A program made the position numbers and the translations under genes. From assembly GCA_023334545.1 (NCBI GenBank), contig JAADVB010000007.1, positions 62,001-126,000 on the forward strand: a stretch of 64,000 nt of DNA, in the 5' to 3' direction. This stretch comes from Salisapilia sapeloensis CBS 127946 (lineage: Eukaryota > Protista > Oomycota). The notes beneath the pieces were generated by a model. The model worked only from the letters and a program-made list of their open reading frames with translations. It had not been told where the DNA came from and searched no databases. Shown here one piece after another: positions 10,951-20,861 of this stretch (positions are counted from its first letter, which is position 1; each line of letters starts with the position of its first letter).

Positions 10951-13152
10951 TCATCTTCCTCCAAATGCTACACCAGCGAGTATCATCGCTACACAAGCGA
11001 CGATGAAAGCTGCAATGCCGTACACATTCTTACTCGACTCTTCCAGTTTTACAGTTGGAGTAGGCATACGCTCCGCCTTCTCCGTCACAAACGCCACTTC
11101 CTTGGATTCACCTGCACCTTTGACAGTTTGCATCGTCTTTGCCATATCCTTTGCCTCCTGCGCTTTCCCCTGTTTGATATACAGAACACAGAGTCCCATG
11201 AGCGTCTCACACAACTTCTCGTCATCCTTTAGTCTCTTCATCCTATCCACATCCTCTTGCAAAACTTCTTCCGCCAGATCATAGCTTCCCATTTTGACTT
11301 TTTCTTGCGCAAGTAAAGTCGATGCATCATGATGACCGACCAGCATTTCTCGATCGTTCGAAGAGCGTTTCATATACGTACGTGCTTCCTCCAGATGACG
11401 CCATGTTTCCTCCTCCATCACTTCCTTCTCATACGAAGCTTTACATATTTGAATGAACACAGGATACAAACATCCACGCAACTCTTGCGCCCGACCATCC
11501 TTCCGACGTCCCAACGCCGTCAATTTACTATCAATCATACCTATCGCTTCTGTCCATTGCCCTTCCTTTGCCATCCTTTCCGCTCGATACGCAGCTAGTT
11601 GCATGAGTACTTCTGCATCTTGGAAGGAAAGATTTGTCACGGAAACTTCATCTACGACCTGGAACACTCGTTCCATTTCATCCGTTCGGTCCGTTAGTTC
11701 CAAGACATGCACCAATGTCCATGCAACGCGCAACTGTCCTCGAAGGAATTGCTTTGACGTAAAGTACTTGTATATGTTCCAAAGCTGTGCTTGCATATCC
11801 ATCGACACTTCCTTCCCTCGTTCCATCATGTGGTCCAGCACGTCTAGTTTTGCTAGTAAAAGATGGACGTACATGTCCACATTTTGAACTGCTTGGGCTT
11901 CTGCCAAAGCTTCCTGTACTAATTCCATCGCTACGTCCTCATTCTGCACCTGATCTGCTACTTTGACAAGGTACAGGAGACATATCAAGTGAACGTGCGT
12001 ATCGTCTGCTTCTAAAGCAGCCTCCCGAGCGCTTTGGAGATGCGTTTTAGCTTCGTACTGACGCTCCAACGACATGCATATACGTCCTGCGTTCAAGTGC
12101 AGAGCTGCAGCTTTTGCAGGGCCGAGCGAGATGGATGGAAGGAGACGTATGGCATCCTCCAAGACGGACAGGGCAGAGCTGAAGTCTCGTTGACGAGAGT
12201 AGCAAGCTGACAGACCTTCCAGTAGCTCTAATGAGCGCTCTGCTCGCCATGTGGAGCCTTTAGTGTCCGTGGACTTTGCAGTTGCGGATTTCATGAGTGC
12301 TAAGGCATGTCGATACTGTTTAATAGCTTTCTCATTCGCATGTAGATGCTGATGGATGAGTGCCATTTGGCCATGCACGATTGCTATAAGCTCACTCTTT
12401 CCTAACTTTTGACTAGCGGATAATGCAGACGTCGCTAGTTCTAACGCAAGATTATGATTCTTGCTTTCCAGTTGAGACTTGGACTGTAGTAATTGACTTT
12501 TGACTACGAGAATGATGAATAGTCAAGCATTGTACGGTCATAGATCGAGACGTACCGTATTCCTCTTGTTCCAGACACTCATGCAATTCGTCCCAATGGT
12601 TCTGCACGAGAGCATTGTCCTCATCTAGTGCTACTGCTTGTTGGAAGTCATTGTCGGCAGATCTGAATTGACTGAGCTGAAGACGTGCGTAGCCTCTCAT
12701 GGCTAAAGCTTGTGCTTTGGTAGACAGATAGGAGGACTTTTGATTTGTTTCTTTGATTTGGGCTTCCAAGCGTGTGAGAATGTCCGAGCTATTGGTCAGG
12801 ACTTGGTGCCAATCGGATTGACGCGTAAGTGCAGCGAGGATATTCATTTCGCATGAAAGTACAAGTTCTCGATGCAATTCAGCCTGTATATCTACTCTTA
12901 GTGCATGCGATAAAGTTTGCTTTAGTGTGTGCTTACCTGAACTTGCGATCGGGTGATGTTCATGAGAAGTTCGCGATATAAAGCAGTAGCTTGGTCAAAA
13001 TCTTCCTTGTACATCAACTCGTCGGCTTTGACTTTGAGACTCGTTATAAAGAGCTGGAGCTTGTGCTCTTCTTCCACATCCACTTCTTCATCGGTATCTT
13101 CAGGCTCCATTGTTGTCATATTTGGCCCTCTCTCTGACTCCGAGCTCTCCAT
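10951..13152 (-). CDS. TPR-repeat protein with C-terminal tail anchor, 3 exons
   Basis: ORFs 12922-13158, 12452-12877 and 10951-12378 join through GT-AG introns (EEY/VKSQLLQSK...IVHGQMA). Many TPR-like helical hairpins. Ends in hydrophobic YGIAAFIVACVAMILAGVAFGGR. Confidence 0.75.
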
Positions 13153-13292
13153 CCTCAAAGCTTCGATCCCGTCCCGACGGTCCTTATTATTGTGGGTACA
13201 CTCGGAGGTTCAAATGGTACAGACAGGGTACACTATACTATCAACCACTCCCCTGATTCCTCTCGCCCAAAACCCTTCCAAAGCTCATCCAT

Positions 13293-13298
13293 AAAAAA
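13293..13298 (-). terminator. Pol III T6 terminator of tRNA-Arg
   Basis: TTTTTT on the minus strand just after the tRNA 3' end. Confidence 0.7.
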
Positions 13299-13299
13299 G

Positions 13300-13372
13300 A
13301 GTCCTCGACGGGATTCGAACCCGCAATCTCCCGCTTCGTAGGCGGATGCCTTATCCGTTGGGCCACGAAGAC
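13300..13372 (-). tRNA. tRNA-Arg (anticodon ACG), intronless
   Basis: Reverse complement GTCTTCGTGGCCCAACGGATAAGGCATCCGCCT-ACG-AAGCGGGAGATTGCGGGTTCGAATCCCGTCGAGGACT folds as a cloverleaf with a GGTTCGAATCC B box. Confidence 0.95.
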
Positions 13373-13567
13373 TTGTTATACAATGTGTTCGTAATAACAT
13401 ATAAAAAGGATGACATCGTAAAGGATCTACATGCATTCCTAACTGTTTAGCCAATCTTTTGTCGAAGATAAATAGATTTGCATGCATCGGATAGCATCTT
13501 TATGGTATTCAATTTATATAGCTACAAACACGAATTCGAGCACAAAAATCGATCTGCACCAAGCATC

Positions 13568-14626
13568 ATGAGTGCTCCAGCGAAAACGAATATGAAGTAC
13601 CGTTTCCTCGGAAATACCGGGCTGCTCGTGTCTACCTTTTCCTTTGGTTCGTGGGTGTCCTTTGACAACCAGCTCGACTTTGAAAAATGCTTCCAGATCC
13701 TCGAGCATGCCTACAAGCAAGGCATTAACTTCTTTGACAATGCTGAGAATTACGCAGATGGCATGTCCGAGAGGTTGATGGGAAAAGCGGTACAAGCTGG
13801 CATCGAGCGTGGCGTTTGGGAGCGAGAGGACCTCGTGCTCAGCACCAAGATGTTCTTCGGTGGCGATGGCAAGAAGGGAGTGAACGATCGCGGTTTGTCG
13901 AGAAAGCACATCATCGAAGGCACGCGTGCGTCTCTCAAGCGCATGCAGGTAGACTATGTCGACCTGATCTACTGCCATCGCCCAGACCCACGCACTCCTC
14001 TCGAAGAGACGGTCCGTGCCATGAACTACGTTATTGACCAAGGCTGGGCTTTCTACTGGGGAACCAGCGAATGGTCCGCTCTTGACATTCACGAAGCGTG
14101 TCGGATCGCCGACCGCCTCGGCATGATCGGCCCAGCATTCGAGCAGCCGCAGTACAACCTCCTGGAACGCTCGCGCGTTGACTATGACTTCGCGACGCTC
14201 TATCCGAAGTACGGCTATGGTCTCACGACGTTCTCTCCACTTGCCTCGGGCATCCTGACTGGCAAGTACAGCAAGGGTATTCCAGAGGGGTCCCGTCTGT
14301 CGTTGAAAGACTTCCAGTTCCTGACCAAGGGCATGGAAGACAAGGTCGTCAAGGCCGATAAACTCAAGGTGATTGCCGATGAACTCGGATGCTCCTTGGC
14401 GCAGCTGTCTCTTGCGTGGTGCGCTTCGAACCCTAATGTTTCCAGTGTCATTTTGGGCGCGTCCAAGATCGAGCAATTGGATGAGAATTTGAAGGCGCTG
14501 GAGATCATTGACAAACTCACGCCGGAGATCAAGCAGCGGATGGACGATATCGTCGACTTCCGCCCAGAACTCATCCCGCGCGCGCCGCAACGCGTCTATG
14601 ACATTCGAGACAACTTCGTCCCATAA
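13568..14626 (+). CDS. Aldo/keto reductase, voltage-gated K+ channel beta-subunit-like
   Basis: MKYRFLGNTGLLVS, INFFDNAENY, LVLSTK, GLSRKHIIEG, DLIYCHRPD, FYWGTSEWS, EQPQYNL, SPLASGILTGKY, ILGASKIEQLDENL. Intronless. Confidence 0.92.
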   Translation: MSAPAKTNMKYRFLGNTGLLVSTFSFGSWVSFDNQLDFEKCFQILEHAYKQGINFFDNAENYADGMSERLMGKAVQAGIERGVWEREDLVLSTKMFFGGDGKKGVNDRGLSRKHIIEGTRASLKRMQVDYVDLIYCHRPDPRTPLEETVRAMNYVIDQGWAFYWGTSEWSALDIHEACRIADRLGMIGPAFEQPQYNLLERSRVDYDFATLYPKYGYGLTTFSPLASGILTGKYSKGIPEGSRLSLKDFQFLTKGMEDKVVKADKLKVIADELGCSLAQLSLAWCASNPNVSSVILGASKIEQLDENLKALEIIDKLTPEIKQRMDDIVDFRPELIPRAPQRVYDIRDNFVP

Positions 14627-14821
14627 AGCGCCCACATCCCATGTGCTTTGCGCTTGAAATAAAATTTCTTTCGACCATCACAAGCTTTTAACGGACAGAT
14701 TAGATAATACGTACCAATCACGAGAGAGAAGGGTGTTGGACTCTGAAAATTTACCACGCACTTCGATGTGAGACTGTCTGCCATTCTACAATACTTGTCT
14801 AGCTGACGACGTACGTACGTG

Positions 14822-15802
14822 ATGGTCGAAAAGCGATCATGGGTAAGCGCCCTCGTGCTTGTTTTTATCAATTTGGTGCTACTAGCAGGCGGCATCTTGT
14901 TGCTCTACATCAGCATCAAAGTTGACAACACGGCCTGGCTCGACATCATTAAGACGTATTGGGACCCCGCGAACGACATCGTCGTTGCCTTCATTGCCGT
15001 TGGCGCCGTCATCTGCGGGCTTGCGCTCTTGGGAGCCATTAGTGCCGTCTGCCGATGGCGACTTGGTCTACTCGTCTACTCGTCGCTCCTCATTCTTGTC
15101 CTCATTGCAGCGATCCTCATCGCTGTCTTTGGCTTCATCGTCTATGCCAAAGCGAATGACTGGGATAACTCGCAATACCCGGCAGAAGATAATGAAGAGT
15201 CGATCAAGGAAAATTTTGACGAGTTTTACTGCTATGCCCAAGGCGAGTACATTTGTAACTCGATGCCTGTCAAGGAGATGTTCCAACTCATTGGTCTTCC
15301 GACATCGGGTCTCTTGGATTTGATCAATATCCCGGATGACGTAGAAGGTGTGAATGATCTCTGCGATCGATATGGCTCCCTCGCGTCAGTTCTAGATTCT
15401 GTCTGCGATGGTTGTAAGAAGGCACTTGAATTCAAAGATTTAAGTGACATCCTCGAGTGGGCAAACGACGAGTGTCCGCGAACGAACGAAACCATCCGTT
15501 GGTGTGCTGGAGAAATCCTGTTCGATCAAGACTTTGTAAAAGAATACTTGGACATCACGATAGGGGAAGACCCGTACCAATACTGCCGAAGCGAGTTCCT
15601 CGGACTCATCGAAAGTGGATCACTTATGCTCGCAATTGGAGCTGTGGTAGTAGTAGTCGCTTCGATCATCATGATTGTGACTTCATTGTACCTTCGCCGG
15701 AGAGAAAAGCGAGCTCGTCAGCATTCGCATTCGGACTTCGCTGAAGTCGGAGATGACCCTGTCTCTCCGAATGCAGGCCGATACATGTACAACAAGGATT
15801 GA
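14822..15802 (+). CDS. Tetraspanin-like protein 2
   Basis: Same topology and Cys pattern as 9300-10277 (YCYAQGEYIC..C..CDGC..C..WC..PYQYC). Confidence 0.8.
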   Translation: MVEKRSWVSALVLVFINLVLLAGGILLLYISIKVDNTAWLDIIKTYWDPANDIVVAFIAVGAVICGLALLGAISAVCRWRLGLLVYSSLLILVLIAAILIAVFGFIVYAKANDWDNSQYPAEDNEESIKENFDEFYCYAQGEYICNSMPVKEMFQLIGLPTSGLLDLINIPDDVEGVNDLCDRYGSLASVLDSVCDGCKKALEFKDLSDILEWANDECPRTNETIRWCAGEILFDQDFVKEYLDITIGEDPYQYCRSEFLGLIESGSLMLAIGAVVVVVASIIMIVTSLYLRRREKRARQHSHSDFAEVGDDPVSPNAGRYMYNKD

Positions 15803-16087
15803 TACGCCAGTGTAGCACGCTTGCGACTTCATAGACGATCGACATGTATATTTTATCGCTGAAGCGATCCTTCTTACTCTTTGAATACTATTCTACTTTT
15901 CGATTTATCCAAAGATTTTGCGTCTTGATTCCTCTTTTTTCCATGAAGGAACGCTCGCTTCGACTGTCGCCAGTCGCCGGGTCTGCTCTTCTTCTACGTT
16001 TCCACCCGTTCGTGTCGAGAATATCCAGCCGTGGCGTGCCTATTGGAACGGACCAATGCGTCATTTACTGACAAGACCGAGGAGACC

Positions 16088-17395
16088 ATGGCCGATCCAA
16101 GTTTCCATTCCAAATGGCAAAGTGTCTGTACGTTCGAACGGACGGCAATTGCTCTGCTTCACTTAGGCTTAATGATCATCACGATTGTAGCTTTAGTCCT
16201 CTACTCGAGCTTTATGCAGTCCACTTTTCGTGATATTGCATCGGAAGCTCACGTTCTTCAAGATCATGTCTATGGGTTCGAGTATGCCGTCCCGATCGTC
16301 TGCGGGCTGACCATTCTCTTCGTTGTATATGGACTACCAGCCATCTACCGACAACAAAGGCTTGTGATCGCCATCTACGGCGTCATGTTACTCATTTTGC
16401 TTGGTGGGTACGTCTACCTAGCAATCATTTCGTTGGACATTCGGTCGGTGACTTCCGACTGGACGAACGTGAAGTATACGACGGCAAGAGAATCTGATCT
16501 CACGAAAGACGAAAAGAATCTGGCGAAAGCATTCAACACTGCTTATTGTCGAGCTCAGCGAGCCACATTGTGTGATAGCATGACCATCCAAGATCTCTTG
16601 GATTTTGGGATCGACAATATTACCATGCCAGAGTCTAGCTCTGATGACAACGGCAACACCAGTACGTCTGGCTCGTACTTGAATGCAGCCTGTAATGACA
16701 CCAGTCACGCGAACTCGTCTATTTGGAAGCCTCTTTGTCATATTTGTCATGAAAAAGTAAAATACGATGATTATGTGTCTCTTGCTCGCTGGTCAAAAGA
16801 TCACTGCAGCAATACACGAGCGACGATAACTTGGTGTAGCGTTGATCACTCTTCGCCAAACAATGAGTCAATAACAAATACAAACGCATCCAATGCATCG
16901 AGCGAGTCAGCAGATCTACCAAGTGATACAACACCAATGACATCAGTCCCAAGTCCATCAGATCCGAACGATCAAGCACCTGCATCAGGAGATACAAATG
17001 AATGGGCTCCAGAGTCCATTCCATCGGATCCGAACAATCAAGCACCTTCACCAGCAGATACAACAGAGTGGAGTCCAGAGCCGAGTCCAGCAGATCCAAG
17101 TCAGCAGGTACCTACTACTGAGGCACCAGTAGGAGTCAGAGCTAGAAGAGTGCTTCAAGATACATCAGAAGATGCTATGCAGGAAGTCGATCCGTATGCT
17201 AAGTGTCGAACCTCATTGGCGAATGGATTGAGCAAGTGGACCGTGATATTTGGTGTTCTTTGGTGCTGTGCAGCAGGTATTATTGCGATCCTAGTATGTA
17301 TAGTGTCTGTGCTACTGAGACCAGCCCCAACGTTCACTGCTGTCGACGTCGACGAGCTCGATGCCTCGTATTTCAATAACTACGACAAAAATTAA
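16088..17395 (+). CDS. Tetraspanin-like protein 3 with Pro/Ser/Thr-rich repeat insertion in the large loop
   Basis: Three TM helices, YCRAQRATLC..C..CHIC..C..WC..[insert]..PYAKC, then a final TM. Likely ATG 16088. Confidence 0.75.
   Translation: MADPSFHSKWQSVCTFERTAIALLHLGLMIITIVALVLYSSFMQSTFRDIASEAHVLQDHVYGFEYAVPIVCGLTILFVVYGLPAIYRQQRLVIAIYGVMLLILLGGYVYLAIISLDIRSVTSDWTNVKYTTARESDLTKDEKNLAKAFNTAYCRAQRATLCDSMTIQDLLDFGIDNITMPESSSDDNGNTSTSGSYLNAACNDTSHANSSIWKPLCHICHEKVKYDDYVSLARWSKDHCSNTRATITWCSVDHSSPNNESITNTNASNASSESADLPSDTTPMTSVPSPSDPNDQAPASGDTNEWAPESIPSDPNNQAPSPADTTEWSPEPSPADPSQQVPTTEAPVGVRARRVLQDTSEDAMQEVDPYAKCRTSLANGLSKWTVIFGVLWCCAAGIIAILVCIVSVLLRPAPTFTAVDVDELDASYFNNYDKN
16955..17110 (+). 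repeat. Coding tandem repeat, 66-nt unit, about 2.4 copies
   Basis: Units start at 16955, 17021 and 17087, encoding PSDPNDQAPASGDTNEWAPESI / PSDPNNQAPSPADTTEWSPEPS / PADPSQQ. Confidence 0.85.
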
Positions 17396-18352
17396 ATTGA
17401 AAAGTAATGGCTTTAACGAACATACTTATCTCCCTTTGCTTTCTATAATACGTTCTACGCAACTGCTGAAGTACGCCAGTCTTTACATCCTAGAATATAC
17501 GCACGCGAACTTGCCTACTATTATGCAATATCTGTTAATTTGGTTGCTGTCATAATCGTTGTACATATTGAAAGTCTCTAGAAACGTGGGTAAGTGTCAA
17601 GTTAGACGTAGCTCGGACTCGGGTAGTACCAATAGTTCGTATCCATGCCACTGTCGGACGATATCCGGCAGTAGAACCCATTAAATCCATCTGTGGTACA
17701 TCTAACTTTTACTCTAAATAAGGCTTTTCAAGAATTATATTTCTACCTGATCTTTTGACTAAAAATCGGTCTAAAGGTTAGTCATGCTTCCTGATCTTTG
17801 TAAGCACTCCAGTGGAAACTTGGCAGTAAGTGTCCAGTCCAATGTCTAGTCAAAAGTCTCGATTACCTTTGTAATTTAATATGTTCGTTAAAGTACAAAT
17901 TATGAGGCCCTTCGTCATCGATATCCGAGGTCAACGGAGTGAAAATTGCACGATGTTTAAGCATGTAGCTTATTTGTGTTTCTTCATCGACACTGTTGTC
18001 TCTCTGAATATTGAGATGCTTTGACATCAAAATATACATCAACCAATTATTGTGTTTAATAAACCTTAGGAAATAATAAATCAGTATGGAAAGGTAAGAA
18101 AAGGTAAGTTCAACGATCAGTCCCGCGATACTGATTTCTTGGCAGATTTTTGCGACTTTGTTCAAAGGATTAGGTCAAAATACTTTTAATTCTCTTGGTA
18201 TTAAAATTAAGCGTTCTATAACAAATACAAGTTTGGCATGTTGTTTAAGCGCTCTTTTTATTTGAATTTGGCGAAATCAATGCGAGGTTATGATAGACCT
18301 TCACCAAATGATGAGGCAGCAGCCGCTACTCCTTTTTAGATTTACTGATTTA

Positions 18353-18912
18353 CTAGGTGCTTTCACAATGATTATCTTCTCCACCGATCAATAGAACAGA
18401 ATAATAGTGAACTGAGTGCTCATGTCCGTTCAGCAGAGGATTGTCTTCATCCATATTTCGGTAAGTTGCCATCGCAATCCCAATGTACTCATAATCGTTC
18501 AGTACCTCTTCAAAGAAGTTGTGATTCTTGGTCAAAATGCGGTATGCACGACCATCAGTTTTCGTATGGACGTTGAACTCCTTGTAGCGAGTAAACTTAA
18601 TGTCACGATCATTCAAACGGTCTAAGGTTGTGGAATTTCCTTTCCCACACGCCCAAAGGATGTCATCGTAGTAAGATCCACCACATGCTTTTGCGCTGCT
18701 CCCATAAACCTGTAGCTCCAAAACAATAGATATTTACACTGCTTTCGGCGGAAGAGGTTAAGACAGTCAAAAAGAAGACTTAAGCGGAAATGTATACCTT
18801 TTACACGCTTTTCTCTTATGGGCCCATCGAAGAATCTGGGCGAAAACAACCAGGCGCGAGTAGGAATAACCAAAGCCCTCACTAGCAGGATAATCTTGAA
18901 TAAATTTAACAT
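18353..18912 (-). CDS. Orphan small secreted protein candidate, 2 exons
   Basis: ATG 18912 MLNLFKIILLVRALVIPTRA (signal-like) WLFSPRFFDGPIREKR. A predicted phase-0 GT-AG intron joins to VYGSSAKACGGSYYDDILWACGKG...; stop at 18353. Confidence 0.45.
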
Positions 18913-19131
18913 GGCGAGACGAAGTGAGGTGTTGCGCTTACTGCTCAATCAAAAGTGGGATGAAAATGATTAGAATCTCTCATGCTCGTTTAAGAAGTGT
19001 GAACCAAGTGCAGCCTAAAATGTTTATTCGACATAAAGGTAAGAAGATTGCGATCGATGCGTCGTCCTTATGACGATGGCACGTCTTCCTGTCTGACCAT
19101 TACTTGACTACACGCTTTGCAGAAGTTTGCT

Positions 19132-19680
19132 TCACTTGTATGACAGCTCCAGGATAAGCAAAATGAACCCTGAGTAGTAGTCTTTGCTTACTAGGAATGA
19201 CTGAAGTGCATATAAAGATATAAATATTTTCAAAAGAGAGCGACAATAATTGCAGTATCCGAAAAGAAATTTCGAATAGGAATTAGAGGGCAAAAGGAGA
19301 GATTCCCATTGACATGACATCCACCTCGTGTGATGCGTTCGCGATCTGTCACATTGCTGTTTTATCCAACATTCTAAAGAAGTGAATATGTTGTCTGGAA
19401 GGGCAATCGATGTGTGAATATGTAAAAAGCTTTCGGAAACCCGAGATAACATTAGTAGAGACTGTGTGTTGTTCAAATTCCATAATGTCCAGTTCTCCAT
19501 GTTCATGCCCCTGTTGATCGTCATCCAGTATTCAGCTTTGATTGCCAATAAATTTACTTTGTGTTTCACTGACAAAAATGGTAAGTAATGAGTATCGTCT
19601 ATGGCCGAAGCAGCTACGTGATCCACCAAAAGACCAACGCTCGAGACCAGTGCGCTCAGGAAAGAAATGTATGTATTCAT
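19132..19680 (-). CDS. Orphan secreted protein candidate
   Basis: 182-aa ORF starting MNTYISFLSALVSSVGLLVDHVAA (signal-like). No recognisable family. The AT-rich 3' part may be intronic or non-coding. Confidence 0.35.
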   Translation of the reverse strand: MNTYISFLSALVSSVGLLVDHVAASAIDDTHYLPFLSVKHKVNLLAIKAEYWMTINRGMNMENWTLWNLNNTQSLLMLSRVSESFLHIHTSIALPDNIFTSLECWIKQQCDRSRTHHTRWMSCQWESLLLPSNSYSKFLFGYCNYCRSLLKIFISLYALQSFLVSKDYYSGFILLILELSYK

Positions 19681-19814
19681 GACATTTATTTATGCTTAGC
19701 CACTTTCCACCTAATTTATATTGCGCTTCATCTCTAAAAATCTGTGCAACCAATATGGAAAGCGATTAAAATTGATCAGTCCGATTCCTCAAATCGCATT
19801 CGCGTGCTCTTGTC

Positions 19815-20594
19815 TTATACCCTTTTAGTTAGCGCAAGTAGCAAAGTGTACATCGGGACGACGCCTAGAAGTAACATTAGCCGCTTATAGTCTACAAATT
19901 TGTGAAAAAAACAGGAGAAAGATACCTTTGCATTCGTGATCGTATATTCCAAACAATGCAGTAACCTAGTGTGAGCATGCCAAATAACATTTGCAAGTAC
20001 ACTTTGTCATCCATAAATCGAAAACATACCTGGTCATCGGTTAAAACGCAGCATAAAGATCGCAATACTTCTTTGAGAATAGACTTATTGAAGAGACCAT
20101 CAACTTCTATTGGCAGAGTGCAGTGATTGCATTAAGGTGAAGGCAATTATTTCACAATTCGTTCAAGCCTTACCTGGTTCTTGTAGCTCAAACATAGATT
20201 TGATTGTGCGGAGTATGTCTGTGCGTCGTTGATGTCGTTGAGTAACGGAAGCTAAAGCGAGGTCCCAGAAGTGTAAGACAGCCTCCTGCCCGCCAGCTCT
20301 ATTGATCGCTTTGGTATACTGGCGGCCGAGGCATAGCTGATCTAATGACATAGCTTTCTGTTTGTCGTTGCTATTGATACGTGCGTGGCTTTCGTAAAAC
20401 GTAGGTGATAAAACACGTTGTAACTTTGCTGGCTTTTGATAGCTTTCACTGTTCTCTTTTGCAAGGGCGATTTGTCTACTTCGGCCGAATGTCATGCCAA
20501 AGTAGTCCTCGCGATGTGGAATGAATCCTCCATAACCGAGGATTGGAGTTTTATGGTAGTGTCCATTGACATCAAGCTTACTTGGGACATCCAT
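19815..20594 (-). CDS. FAM166/CIMIP2-like motif + EF-hand protein, multi-exon
   Basis: PILGYGGFIPHREDYFGMTFG resembles the PGYxGYxP microtubule-inner-protein motif. Downstream GT-AG exons give EVLRSLCCVLTDDQ/VTALFGIYDHECKG (EF-hand-like). Ends approximate. Confidence 0.5.
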
Positions 20595-20861
20595 TAGACC
20601 GTTTGCAAAAGTATTTTGATGCTGCGCCTTTCATTGACTCCGAATGAAGTCCTTAGAGGCAAATATGAAACGCATTGTTGAAACGATATCTCCAGGCGTG
20701 AGGTTGGAAATTCAAACAAAAGGTGTGAGATACTTCGTTTCTGGTTGTATTCGTTTATTATTGGTCTTCCAGTCTAATGCCTGCTGGTCACTCGTTTACA
20801 AGCTGACTGGAAATGTATTATCTAGCTTCAAGTGCATCTTTGTATTTGTAATTCCCTGTAT

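Noticed and set aside
13514-14635. 373-aa antisense ORF over the aldo/keto reductase
   Set aside because: Shadow of GC3-biased codon usage in an intronless, highly expressed gene. It covers the sense ORF almost exactly and has no motifs.
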